A DNA stretch of 64,000 bases from Candidatus Latescibacterota bacterium (GTDB lineage Bacteria > Latescibacterota > UBA2968 > GCA-2709665). The notes under the pieces were generated by a model, which was not told the origin of the DNA, ran no database searches, and worked only from the letters and a program-made list of their open reading frames with translations. The stretch covers positions 2,080,001 to 2,144,000 of the forward strand of contig OZ250150.1 of assembly GCA_965237675.1 (NCBI GenBank), given 5' to 3'. The position numbers and the translations under genes were made by a program. How positions within the stretch are numbered: the stretch's first letter is position 1; each line of letters opens with the position of its first letter. This document shows, piece by piece, positions 1 to 9,682 of the stretch.

Positions 1-708
1 CGCGGAATAGAGCAAAGCCGGATTTACCACGATCCGGAAGAAGCTGTACCGATAGATGTAATAGCCCAGAATATACGCCGGCAGGATCGGGGAAAGGAAC
101 AGCGCCAGGTCCAGCCCCGGGCCAACGATGCCGAGTCTGATTCCCCCGATCGGATATGCGAAACCGGCCAGGGCGGATATGGCGACGAGAGCCAGGGCCG
201 TCAGCCGGTAGAACGACCTCTGTACCTCGGTGACCAATTGCCTTGCAAACCCCCGGCACAGCCAGGCCGAATACAACAGCGCCACAATGGTGTACAGGCT
301 GAACCCCACGCGTTTCAGCGGGGTCTCCCACATACCGATAAGAAATACGATCAACCCGGGGACAAGAGCGAATGGGACGAGGTTCCGGCGCAACCCGGCC
401 GGGACCCGCGTCTTAAGTTCATTCGCGGAAACCAGCACCGTTGCCAGCAGCGCCGACGGCAAAAAGCACAACCCGAAACGCGCGACATGGGCGGCATAGC
501 CTGCCGCGGGTGCGCCTGGCGTCGCCTGTTCAATCAGAAGCTTCAGCGCGTCGCCCGTATACCACAAAGCCCCCGCCGAGATCAACACCAGCAACGGAAC
601 CGGCGTCCCCTTGCGCTTCATGGCGGACACAAAAATGCCCCAGAGCAGCCCCGCGGCGACCGCCGCCCCGACCAGCCAGATCGTGTCATATAGCGAAAGA
701 TGAATCAT
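1..708 (-). CDS. Multi-pass membrane protein, likely the N-terminal 7TM sensor region of a signalling protein (runs off window start)
   Basis: Manual translation from ATG at 708: MIHLSLYDTIWLVGAAVAAGLLWGIFVS...LGYYIYRYSFFRIVVNPALLYSA, open to position 1 with about 7 hydrophobic segments. The end resembles HisKA_7TM-type '..Y.IYRY..F' motifs. Not in the ORF track because it has no stop in the window. Confidence 0.7.
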   Translation of the reverse strand, partial: MIHLSLYDTIWLVGAAVAAGLLWGIFVSAMKRKGTPVPLLVLISAGALWYTGDALKLLIEQATPGAPAAGYAAHVARFGLCFLPSALLATVLVSANELKTRVPAGLRRNLVPFALVPGLIVFLIGMWETPLKRVGFSLYTIVALLYSAWLCRGFARQLVTEVQRSFYRLTALALVAISALAGFAYPIGGIRLGIVGPGLDLALFLSPILPAYILGYYIYRYSFFRIVVNPALLYSA

Positions 709-782
709 TTCGGATTTACCTGTAACCTGCCGGAGGAAGGGGAAAACCAAGATAATGTGAATGTTGGGTTGCGCTTTGGGCG

Positions 783-805
783 CGCGAACTAACAGTTCGC
801 GTTAC
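783..805 (-). repeat. REP-like palindrome (GTAA + 8-bp stem)
   Basis: Minus strand reads GTAA-CGCGAACT-GTT-AGTTCGCG: tetranucleotide foot plus perfect hairpin, the GTAG-family REP architecture. Confidence 0.45.
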
Positions 806-836
806 GATCGTACACCGGGTTCAAGTTATGCAACGT

Positions 837-861
837 GGGCAACCACAAGGGTTGCCCCTAC
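837..861 (-). repeat. GTAG-family REP palindrome
   Basis: Minus strand reads GTAG-GGGCAACC-CTTGT-GGTTGCCC: GTAG foot followed by a perfect 8-bp stem. Confidence 0.65.
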
Positions 862-1041
862 ATAAACATAGTACCAGGCGATGACGTCGATCGATTGGCT
901 CTTTGCTGTTCACTGATCTTCCAATATGAAAATTAGCGAAAACAGGACGGGATTTCAACTCAAACTGCGGGTAGACCCCGCGAGTGGTTCACCCGGCCAC
1001 CCTCGCCGAAGGGGGCGTCGGGCTGGGGGGTGCACTGTAGA

Positions 1042-1501
1042 TCAACTCCCGGTGGAACAATACTGGCGGACCCCTAGATTCCAGACGCGAAGGGCGATGA
1101 GCAGGAATACCACGCCCGCCGCGGGCGACAGCCACTGGATCAAGATTGTGGATCCGAGGGGGTCCGTTCGCCCCATAATGGCCCCCACTGCGAGTGCGAC
1201 TGTGGGGGCAGACCAGGCGACCTCCAGCGCGTACTGCGCCCAGAGCAGAACGGCGAGGGCCTGGAGGAACCGGCCGATTCGCAGGAGGTGGAGTTCTTGG
1301 CCCATCAGCTGCAGCGCGGTGCTGCGGGGGCGCAGCAGGAGGCGGTCGAAATCCCCGGACCTGACGATGGTTCCGAAGCTGTCGAAGCCCCGGGCAATGG
1401 TGTTGGCGACGAGCCATGCCCTGGATTTCGCCCCACAAGCCGGGCCGCCGTTCGGCGATGCGGAAGGATATTATCAGATTTTCAACGATGATGTGGGACA
1501 T
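1042..1501 (-). pseudogene. Collapsed ABC exporter remnant: ATPase N-terminus joined out of frame to pieces of an ABC-2-family (DUF990-like) permease
   Basis: RBS AAGGAG then ATG at 1501 gives MSHIIVENLIISFRIAERRPGLWG (ABC ATPase start). A frame change gives IARGFDSFGTIVRSGDFDRLLLRPRSTALQL...WNLGVRQYCSTGS*, typical permease motifs, but much shorter than a full permease. Confidence 0.7.
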
Positions 1502-1790
1502 TTTCAGTCTCCTTTGCAGGGGTTGTGTATCGATCTGCGGGGCGGGCGCCGATACCACCGAATCGCCGAACGGACGGCCAAGGCGCAGTCCGCATCGTGG
1601 ATAGCGTCTAAACGCCACGCAGAAAAACACTTGCGCGCCTGACGAACGCCAATTATAATGGTTATGAGTCGGATCCTCGCAGACATGTCGAATGGGCCAA
1701 CAGGAATCCGTGCCGTTCTGAAAATCGCCTTGGCCGGCATTTGGAAGAGAAGTGAAAGACGTGGCAGGCCCTTCGGTAAAGGAATGGACG

Positions 1791-2798
1791 ATGAACCACC
1801 ACGCGTACATAACCGTTTCCAGCGACGACAGGATTCTGAAATACCGGATGGATCCGGATACGGGCAATCTCGTGTTCGAAAGCAGCATCGACGCTATCGG
1901 CGCACCGGGCCCGCTTGCCGTCGACCCCCAACAAAGATATCTTTATCTGAGCAGGCGCGGCGCGCGTGAAATCTCGACGTATTCCCTCGATTCCAGCACA
2001 GGCGGTCTGTCCTTCGTCGGCGCTGTATCCGTGGAGGCCGACGCGTGTTATCTGAGCATGGACCGAACCGGACGCTTTCTGCTATCGGCCTCGTACGGCG
2101 GCGGGCTGGCAACCGTACACGCCGTCGCAGAAGACGGAATGCCGGGCGATTCTCCCATCCAGACGGTGAAGACCCTGCCCAAAGCCCACTGTATTCTCAC
2201 CGACCCGTCGAATCGTCTGGTCCTTTTGCCTCATGTCGGAGAATCCAACACCATTATTGGATTTCGTTTCGACGAAAACACGGGCACGCTCCGGGAGGTT
2301 TCCCGCACGTCGCACGAACCCGATGTGGGTCCACGCCACCTTGTATTTCACCCAAGCCTGGAAAAGGTCTACGTGTCGAACGAACAGGGCAGCAGCGTAT
2401 CGGCCCTTGCTTACGACACCTCGTCTGGCGTCCTGAGACACGTGCAGACCCTGTCCACCCTGCCTGAGTGTTTCCGCGGTGAAAACACCTGCGCCCAGAT
2501 TCACATGCACCCCTCGGGACGGTTTCTCTATGTTTCCAACAGGGGCCACGACAGCATCGCTTGTTTTGCGGTTGACCAGGTCGGCCACCTCACGGACACC
2601 GGCAATCAACCCACGGAACCCGTTCCCAGGGCTTTCGGGATCGATCCCACGGGCAGCTTTCTATACGCCGGCGGTCAGGCGTCCGGCAAGCTGGCATCAT
2701 ACCGGATTGACGTCCAGACAGGACGCCTGCATCCACTAAAGGCCTATGTCGTCGGCGAACAATCCATGTGGGTGCTGATTCTGGCGCTTCAGCAATGA
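1791..2798 (+). CDS. pgl: 6-phosphogluconolactonase / lactonase-family 7-bladed beta-propeller
   Basis: Motifs GPRHLVFHP, AQIHMHPSGRFLYVSNRGHDSIACF, PRAFGIDPTG. Start placed at ATG 1791 after AAGGA. Confidence 0.85.
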   Translation: MNHHAYITVSSDDRILKYRMDPDTGNLVFESSIDAIGAPGPLAVDPQQRYLYLSRRGAREISTYSLDSSTGGLSFVGAVSVEADACYLSMDRTGRFLLSASYGGGLATVHAVAEDGMPGDSPIQTVKTLPKAHCILTDPSNRLVLLPHVGESNTIIGFRFDENTGTLREVSRTSHEPDVGPRHLVFHPSLEKVYVSNEQGSSVSALAYDTSSGVLRHVQTLSTLPECFRGENTCAQIHMHPSGRFLYVSNRGHDSIACFAVDQVGHLTDTGNQPTEPVPRAFGIDPTGSFLYAGGQASGKLASYRIDVQTGRLHPLKAYVVGEQSMWVLILALQQ

Positions 2799-2985
2799 TA
2801 AACGACGCCAGCGGCAATTCGTCTTCCAGGTACGTGTGGACGGTCTCCGTTCCAAGAGATCTGTGCAGAGACATTTTAAAAACGGAGGATACGACCCGCG
2901 GCACACTGAGAACCGCCGTCCGGTTCGTTAATTCGAGAAACAGGTCTAAATGCCTTATTTCCCATCAATAACCTCATTTAATGTA

Positions 2986-3014
2986 TTGACAAACTCCATC
3001 TTGTGCCGTAATAT
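2986..3014 (+). promoter_or_regulatory. Sigma70-type promoter for the SPOR-mltD-mreD-mrdA-rodA run
   Basis: TTGACA (2986-2991), 17 nt, TAATAT (3009-3014) in an AT-rich gap. Confidence 0.65.
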
Positions 3015-3044
3015 ATGGTATAGTTCAATATTCAAGACAACAAG

Positions 3045-3827
3045 ATGTTGGGACGGCTGACCGTGTTTCGTTCAATCTCACAAACATACCCATGTCTTTT
3101 CTGGGGAGGGCTGCTGGTGTCGCTGGTGGCATGCGCGAGCCCCAGCCGTAGAATTGCCCCCCCTGTAACAACCGCCGAAGAGGAATTCGATCCGCAAAGC
3201 CTCAACGACGACGACTTCGCGCTGAAACCGACGGCAGAGGCAGAAACAGCCCCGCTCGATCAGACTCCCGCGGCAGCGCCTTCCGTCCTTCATACCGACG
3301 GATTTCGCGTGCAGATCGCGGTGGTATCGAGTCTTGACCGGGCAGAGACCCTTAAGAACGAAGCAGGAATGAAATTCGACGTTCCGGTTCATATCTACCG
3401 CGACCCGGACACAGGCCTGCATAAAATCCAGGTGGGAAACTGCCGGTCAGCCGCGGAGGTCGAATCCCTGCGTCACGAGGCGAAGAGCCTGGGGTACCCC
3501 GAAGCCTTCATTGTACGCGCCAAAATCGAAATCCCCCGCGGCGCGGTTCACGAACCGGATGCAATCGTCGGTTTCCGCGTGCAGATCTTTGCAGCATCGA
3601 ATCGGGCGGCCGCTGAAAGCGAGTTGGCCAACGTCCGGGATACCCTCGGCCAGGACGACGTTTACATAGAATCCGAGCCGCCGTACTTCAAGGTCCGAAT
3701 CGGCAACTTCCGAACGCGGGAAGCCGCTGAAGGGCTCATAGAAAGGCTTAAGTCATACGGTTACGATACTCCCTTTGTGGTCCGGACACGCATCGATACA
3801 TCCACGGAACAAACAACCGGCAACTGA
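3045..3827 (+). CDS. Lipoprotein with two SPOR domains
   Basis: Lipobox LVAC; two repeats GFRVQI...KIQVGN and GFRVQIFA...YFKVRIGNFRTREAAE...GYDTPFVV. Confidence 0.85.
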   Translation: MLGRLTVFRSISQTYPCLFWGGLLVSLVACASPSRRIAPPVTTAEEEFDPQSLNDDDFALKPTAEAETAPLDQTPAAAPSVLHTDGFRVQIAVVSSLDRAETLKNEAGMKFDVPVHIYRDPDTGLHKIQVGNCRSAAEVESLRHEAKSLGYPEAFIVRAKIEIPRGAVHEPDAIVGFRVQIFAASNRAAAESELANVRDTLGQDDVYIESEPPYFKVRIGNFRTREAAEGLIERLKSYGYDTPFVVRTRIDTSTEQTTGN

Positions 3828-3967
3828 ACGCATACAGGGTTAACAGCGAGCGGTCACATCGCCTTGACCGCCGCAATCATAGGCCTGCTTTGCGCGCTCG
3901 GTCCGGCACACGTTCATCAATATTTCCGATGGCCGGATTTCTGGATCGTCTTTTTGATAGTGCCCGG

Positions 3968-5824
3968 ATGAGAGTTTCCCCGTTGTCCCTGCGCGTCGCG
4001 TTTTACAGCCTTCTCCTGCTGTTTCTGCTCCAGGGATGTTCGACCACGAAACAGGTCGCGACATTTCCGGATGTGGAAGCGCCGACCCTTTCCAGGGAGA
4101 CGTCGGAGGCTACCGAGGATTCCACGGCGGGCAAGTCGGACCACACGCCGCCGGACGATCAGGTCCTACGGAACATAGAGGAACTAAAGACGGCCCGCTT
4201 CGACAACGGGGCGTTATCCGTGGATCGCGTTTGCATTTTGCTCACGGATTCCACCGTAACCAACTCCCTGCCGCCGGGGCGTCACCTCGAATTGCTTCGC
4301 ACGACCCTCAAGCGCTATCGGGAAATGCTTCCGCCATCCGCGCTCGTACGGCCAAACACCGTTCTGGCCCGGCTGCTCGACGCCATTCCCGATAGTCTCC
4401 TTTCACGCTTGCGCGACGACGTTCATTACAGGGAACTCTATGTCCGCAAACTGGCAGGTTCCGCCGATGTTCCGGTCGACTACAATTCCAAGGTCATCAA
4501 GACAATCCGTTATTTCCAGACCACTGCCCGGAAAGTATTCAGAGTCTGGCTGTCCCGTTCGCCTCTTTATGTCCCAATGATCCGCACGGCGCTTCGCGAA
4601 GCGGGTCTGCCGGAGGATCTGGTTTACAAGGCCATGATCGAAAGCGGCTTCAATCCGAGAGCCTATTCGCGGGCAAGGGCCGCCGGAATCTGGCAGTTCG
4701 TGAGAGGCACGGCGCTGCTTTACGGTCTTAAAAACAGCAGTTGGATCGATGAACGCCGTGACCCCGAAAAATCGACACGTGCGGCAATCCAGCATATCCG
4801 CCACCTGTACGGGTTGTTCCGCGACTGGCGTCTCGTAATTGCCGCGTATAACTGTGGGCAGGGTCGTCTCCAACGCATTATCAAGCGTTCAGGTACAAAC
4901 GATTTCTGGAAGCTCAGGGGTCTGCCCAGGGAAACCCGTCGACATGTGCCGCGATTTATGGCGGCCCTGATAATCTCCAAGGATCCGGAGTGGTTCGGTT
5001 TTCGTGACGTGGTCTATCAAGTGCCGAAAAAATTCGACGTTGTGCAAATATCGGAATGCGTCGACCTTCGGGTGGCCGCCGAATGCGCGGGCACGACCTA
5101 CGAACGCATGCGAAGCCTCAATCCCGAACTTCGCCTGGGTTACACCCCGCCGCACGTGCGCGGGCCCTATTCCTTGAGAATTCCGGCCGGTACTGCCGAT
5201 AGGTTCAAAGTCAACTATGCCCGAGTTCCCGCCGAGAGGAAAGGCCGGATGGTTGAATATCTGGTGCGCCCCGGCGATACGCCTTCCGGCATTGCAAGGC
5301 AGATTGGTGTTTCCACCCGCGTCGTTCTCGAGGCGAACAACATATTGAATCCCAGGCGGGTACGCGCCGGCAGACGGCTGAAAATCCCGATCCGTCCGAA
5401 TGCCAAACCCGAACGGGCCGGAAGAACGGCAACGCGCGTTGCGGTGGCGCCCGATCCGGACACGAACCGGAAAATCACGTACCGGGTAAGAAAAGGGGAC
5501 ACCCTGTGGGGAATCGGACGCCGGCATGGAGTCACGCCGAATCAGATCCGAGTGTGGAACAAGCTCAAGAAGCATATAACGCCCGGCGACCAACTGATGA
5601 TCTGGAAGCCGCAGTCTCCCCAGGTTGCCCTGGCTGATCGTTCTGACCTGCGTCGCGGTGACTTCTATGTCGTGCGGCAGGGGGATACACTCTGGGACAT
5701 TGCCCGCAGTTTTCGCATCCGTGTCAACGACCTCAAGAAATGGAACCGAATCCGGAGACCGGGCCGCCTGCGGGTGGGCGCCAGGCTTCTGATACGCCCA
5801 TCCGGTTTTCAGGTGGCCGACTGA
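3968..5824 (+). CDS. mltD: Membrane-bound lytic murein transglycosylase D-like (SLT + 3 LysM)
   Basis: Lipobox LQGC; SLT motifs MIESGFNPRAYSRARAAGIWQF, AAYNCGQG, LPRETRRHV; three LysM repeats (YLVRPGDT, YRVRKGDTLW, YVVRQGDTLW). Confidence 0.9.
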   Translation: MRVSPLSLRVAFYSLLLLFLLQGCSTTKQVATFPDVEAPTLSRETSEATEDSTAGKSDHTPPDDQVLRNIEELKTARFDNGALSVDRVCILLTDSTVTNSLPPGRHLELLRTTLKRYREMLPPSALVRPNTVLARLLDAIPDSLLSRLRDDVHYRELYVRKLAGSADVPVDYNSKVIKTIRYFQTTARKVFRVWLSRSPLYVPMIRTALREAGLPEDLVYKAMIESGFNPRAYSRARAAGIWQFVRGTALLYGLKNSSWIDERRDPEKSTRAAIQHIRHLYGLFRDWRLVIAAYNCGQGRLQRIIKRSGTNDFWKLRGLPRETRRHVPRFMAALIISKDPEWFGFRDVVYQVPKKFDVVQISECVDLRVAAECAGTTYERMRSLNPELRLGYTPPHVRGPYSLRIPAGTADRFKVNYARVPAERKGRMVEYLVRPGDTPSGIARQIGVSTRVVLEANNILNPRRVRAGRRLKIPIRPNAKPERAGRTATRVAVAPDPDTNRKITYRVRKGDTLWGIGRRHGVTPNQIRVWNKLKKHITPGDQLMIWKPQSPQVALADRSDLRRGDFYVVRQGDTLWDIARSFRIRVNDLKKWNRIRRPGRLRVGARLLIRPSGFQVAD

Positions 5825-5869
5825 GTCAACACGCAAGAATAGGGGGAGCATGCGCCCCAACTGTCGCTC

Positions 5870-6379
5870 ATGAAGATCGTTCGAGACCTTCTGCTCATTG
5901 CCCTAGCGCTGCTTGTTCAGACCTCCTGGGCACATGCGGTCCGAATTCTGGGTATTGGCCCCGACATTGTCATCATTGTTCTGGTTTACCTGGGGATACG
6001 CGGCGGGCGGATTGAAGGCACCCTGTACGGATTCGTATCCGGCTTCTTGCTGGATGTCTACAACCCCGAGACGATGGGTGTCAACGCGCTTGCAAACAGC
6101 GTGGTTGGTTTCTGTGTGGGGCATTTCCGGGCGCGCGTCAGTGCCGAAGATTTCCGCGTGCAGGCGCCTTTGCTGTCCCTTGCGGTCCTGATGCACGATC
6201 TGATCTATTTCTTATTCGCTAACGTTCTCTCGAATCCGGACGCGATTTTCGGGTTGATCGTCCGGTTTGGGTTCGGAACGGCATTTTATACCGCAGTCGT
6301 TGGAGTCGGAATTTCGTTGGTATTGTCCATTCGCTTCAACAAGGGAATTTACCTGGATGCGCGACGACTTTATGGATAA
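5870..6379 (+). CDS. mreD: Rod shape-determining protein MreD
   Basis: Hydrophobic 169 aa with PDIVII, GFVSGFLLD, MGVNALA motifs; directly upstream of PBP2. Confidence 0.88.
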   Translation: MKIVRDLLLIALALLVQTSWAHAVRILGIGPDIVIIVLVYLGIRGGRIEGTLYGFVSGFLLDVYNPETMGVNALANSVVGFCVGHFRARVSAEDFRVQAPLLSLAVLMHDLIYFLFANVLSNPDAIFGLIVRFGFGTAFYTAVVGVGISLVLSIRFNKGIYLDARRLYG

Positions 6380-8249
6380 TGGCTGTCGCAAGGCCCGGGC
6401 GCGATGGATGATGTCGGTGGTGATCGGTCTGTTCGCCGTTCTTTTCGTCGGGTTGTTTCGGTTGCAGATTGCAGACACTGAACACTACCGCATCCAATCC
6501 AAGAAAAATACGATGCAGGTCGTGCCAGTCGAAGCCAGACGAGGTCTTATACGGGATCGCAACGGCGTCATCCTCGTAGACAATCGCCCCTCCTACACCA
6601 TCTCCGTGCTGCCGCAGCGACTGCGTCGAAATACCGAACCGACAGTTCGCGGGCACGTGGTCAACCGCCTCAGTCAGGTTGCAGGTCTGCCGGTACAACG
6701 CATCAACCAAATGCTCGCGAACCGAAACCGTTTCTTCCATGAGCCGATAAGACTCAAAAGGGACGTTGGATTCAACGTCGTGTCTGTCGTGGAAGAAGAA
6801 CGCCACGATCTGCCAGGCGTGGAAATACAGGTTGAAGCCCGGAGAGGATATCTGAGCTTCAACGGCGGCTTCCCACTGGCGCCTCATATCGTCGGTTATG
6901 TCGGGCTGATCGACGCGGAGACATATAAACGGAAGCGAGAGTTGGGGTACCGTCTGGACGACCAGATTGGGAAACGGGGCGTTGAGCGCCTGTGCGAGGC
7001 GGTTCTGAGGGGTCGGGAAGGCATGAATTTCATTGAGGTCAATGCCTTCGGCAGGGAGGTCGGCAGTTTTCCCGGAAAGACAGTCCTGCCCATACCGGGC
7101 AACGACATCCTGCTGACCCTGGACTGGCGGTTGCAGCAGGCGGCGGAGCTTGCGTTTTCCGATTCGTTGAGAGGCAGCCTGGTGGCGATGGATCCGAACA
7201 ACGGGGAGATCCTCGCCATGGTCAGCAAACCCCGGTTTCATCCGCAGTCCATCCGCAACGTACGCGAATGGCGTACCCTGCAGGGCGACACGTCAATTCC
7301 CCTTCTGAACCGAAGCATACATGGCGAATATCCGCCTGCCTCGGTGTTCAAAATGATCCCGGCGATTGCCGGTCTTGAAATGGGCCTGATCGATTCGGAA
7401 ACGGCGCGTTACCGGCCCTGCCGAGGCAGACTGAAGTTCGGCGACAGGTTTTTCCGTTGCCACAAGGCCGCAGGGTGTGGACGGTTGTCGCTGCGAGGGG
7501 CGCTTATCCGGTCTTGCGACGTCTATTTTTACCAGTTGGGGCGCAAGGTGGGCATTGCCAACTGGAATCGTTACACCAGGATGCTCGGATTCGGTCAACC
7601 CACGGGCATCGACATCGCTGCCGGTGGCGACGGCGAGGGGGCCGGCCTGGTGACTGACCGTTCGTACTACAAGGAACGCTTCGGACACTGGGCGGAGGGG
7701 TACATGCTGAACCTGACAATCGGACAGGGCGAAACCTCCGTGACCCCGGTCCAGATTGCGCGGTACATCAGCGCTCTGGCCGTCGGCACACTCCCCAGAC
7801 CCCATATCCTGAAGAGCACGCCGCCTGAGTCCACGCCGGTTCAGATTTCCGCCCAGACCCTGAAGACAATACGAAGCATTATGCTCGATGTTGTCGAGGA
7901 TCCGTACGGTACCGGAAAACGCGCCCGTGTGAAAGGCGTACGTGTGGCTGGCAAAACCGGTACCGCGCAAAACCCTCACGGCGAAGACCACGCCTGGTTC
8001 ACCGCCCTTGCTCCGGCGCATCGTCCTGAAATCGTGGTCGCGGTTGTGGTGGAGAACGCAGGCCATGGCGGGGCGGTGGCCGCCCCGATCGCCGGTCGGT
8101 TTCTGGAAACATATTTCGACCTGGCGCGCCCGGAACAGAAAGCGGACATCATCGTAGCCGCGCACGTCGACACCGAACCATCTCCGGATGCGGACGCTTC
8201 CAAACCCGCGCCAGCGGACAACGCGCCGCCCGTCGTTGTCTTGCGTTAA
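6372..8249 (+). CDS. mrdA: Penicillin-binding protein 2
   Basis: ARRGLIRDRNG, YPPASVFK (SxxK), SCDVYFYQLG, AGKTGTAQ, DHAWF; between mreD and rodA. Confidence 0.95.
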   Translation: MDNGCRKARARWMMSVVIGLFAVLFVGLFRLQIADTEHYRIQSKKNTMQVVPVEARRGLIRDRNGVILVDNRPSYTISVLPQRLRRNTEPTVRGHVVNRLSQVAGLPVQRINQMLANRNRFFHEPIRLKRDVGFNVVSVVEEERHDLPGVEIQVEARRGYLSFNGGFPLAPHIVGYVGLIDAETYKRKRELGYRLDDQIGKRGVERLCEAVLRGREGMNFIEVNAFGREVGSFPGKTVLPIPGNDILLTLDWRLQQAAELAFSDSLRGSLVAMDPNNGEILAMVSKPRFHPQSIRNVREWRTLQGDTSIPLLNRSIHGEYPPASVFKMIPAIAGLEMGLIDSETARYRPCRGRLKFGDRFFRCHKAAGCGRLSLRGALIRSCDVYFYQLGRKVGIANWNRYTRMLGFGQPTGIDIAAGGDGEGAGLVTDRSYYKERFGHWAEGYMLNLTIGQGETSVTPVQIARYISALAVGTLPRPHILKSTPPESTPVQISAQTLKTIRSIMLDVVEDPYGTGKRARVKGVRVAGKTGTAQNPHGEDHAWFTALAPAHRPEIVVAVVVENAGHGGAVAAPIAGRFLETYFDLARPEQKADIIVAAHVDTEPSPDADASKPAPADNAPPVVVLR

Positions 8250-8312
8250 TACGCTCCGCAACAGACGAACTCAATTCCGTAAGACCCATTCACGTTTCAC
8301 AGGAATCTCCAC

Positions 8313-9533
8313 GTGGTTCTTTCCCGTTTCGTAAAATACGAACTCGACCTGCCGCTGCTGCTTTCGGTTGTTCTTGCCACACTGCTCGGAATTGGCGCAA
8401 TTTACAGCGCCACGTACAACTGGGAGCAGGGCGCTGCCGGCGGGGTCTACGAAAAGCAGATCGTCTGGAGCGTGCTTGCGATCGGGGCCCTTCTGCTTAC
8501 TCTGTTCGTCCCACCCAAATATTTCTATGCCTTCGCCTACATCCTATATGGCGTCTCGATCTTACTGCTCGTGCTTGTTCTGTTGATCGGCGAAAGACGT
8601 TGGTTCGATCTGGGCCCCTTTCATATGCAGCCTTCGGAATTGGCCAAAATCGCAACCGTTCTGGCTCTGGCTAGATACCTCGCCGTGCGCAACCTGGATC
8701 TGGACCGGCCCCGCTCTCTGATTACGGCGTTTCTTCTGGTATTGCTTCCAGCGGTTCTGGTTTTTAAGCAGCCCGACCTGGGCACCGCGCTGGTATTCGG
8801 TTCCGTACTCCTGCCCATGTTCTACTGGGCGGGCATGAGACCCATTGTTCTGTTTTTCTTGATTTCGCCCATTTTGAGCTTGATCTGCGCTTTCCACTAT
8901 TTGGCTTTGGTAATCCTGATTCTGACGATTGCGGGCGTTGTTTTTCTCGTCCGGCCAGGACGATTGATAACAACCGCCATCGTCGTGGTCAATCTCGCCG
9001 TTGCGGTCGGCGCTCCTTATCTTTGGGAAAATAAACTGCACGACTATCAACGCCGGCGCATACTGACCTTTCTGAATCCCGACATGGACAGACTCGGCGC
9101 GGGCTATCAGGTCATGCAATCCAAGGTGGCAATTGGTTCCGGCGGCCTCAACGGAAAAGGATTCCTGCAGGGTACACAGACAAAACTCTCCTTCCTTCCC
9201 GAACAACACACCGATTTTGTGTTTTCGGTTATCGGTGAGGAGTTCGGCTTCGCAGGCGCGATCCTTGTACTCGCCATGTTTTTCCTGATCATATGGCGGG
9301 CCATCCATATTGCCAGTCTTGTCAAGAGTCGTTTTTCCAGTCTGGTTGCCATCGGCCTGGCTGCCATGCTCATCTTTCACGTCTTTGTCAATATAGGCAT
9401 GACCGTCGGCCTCGTCCCGGTTACCGGCCTGCCACTACCGTATATCAGCTACGGCGGATCGCAACTTGTGGTCAGTCTGGTACTCGCGGGCCTGTTGCTC
9501 AACATCTATGCTTGCCGGCACGAATATTACTAG
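8313..9533 (+). CDS. rodA: Rod shape-determining protein RodA (SEDS)
   Basis: QPSELAK, QPDLGTA, GAGYQVMQSKVAIGSGG, LPEQHTDFVFSVIGEEFG, PVTGLPLPYISYGGS. Confidence 0.95.
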   Translation: MVLSRFVKYELDLPLLLSVVLATLLGIGAIYSATYNWEQGAAGGVYEKQIVWSVLAIGALLLTLFVPPKYFYAFAYILYGVSILLLVLVLLIGERRWFDLGPFHMQPSELAKIATVLALARYLAVRNLDLDRPRSLITAFLLVLLPAVLVFKQPDLGTALVFGSVLLPMFYWAGMRPIVLFFLISPILSLICAFHYLALVILILTIAGVVFLVRPGRLITTAIVVVNLAVAVGAPYLWENKLHDYQRRRILTFLNPDMDRLGAGYQVMQSKVAIGSGGLNGKGFLQGTQTKLSFLPEQHTDFVFSVIGEEFGFAGAILVLAMFFLIIWRAIHIASLVKSRFSSLVAIGLAAMLIFHVFVNIGMTVGLVPVTGLPLPYISYGGSQLVVSLVLAGLLLNIYACRHEYY

Positions 9534-9561
9534 AAGACGCACAATTGCGGTGTTATTCATG

Positions 9562-9597
9562 CACAAAAGGCGACCTTGCGGTCGCCTTTTGTGTTTT
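9562..9597. terminator. Bidirectional intrinsic terminator between rodA and dnaE
   Basis: Perfect inverted repeat CACAAAAGGCGACC-TTGC-GGTCGCCTTTTGTG followed by TTTT, between convergent genes. Confidence 0.8.
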
Positions 9598-9682
9598 CCT
9601 CCACACGCCGGTATGCGCGTCGAAATAATGAATCGGTTGTCCGATACGCCGGCCGGTAACCGGACCGCCGGATTCCACGCTC

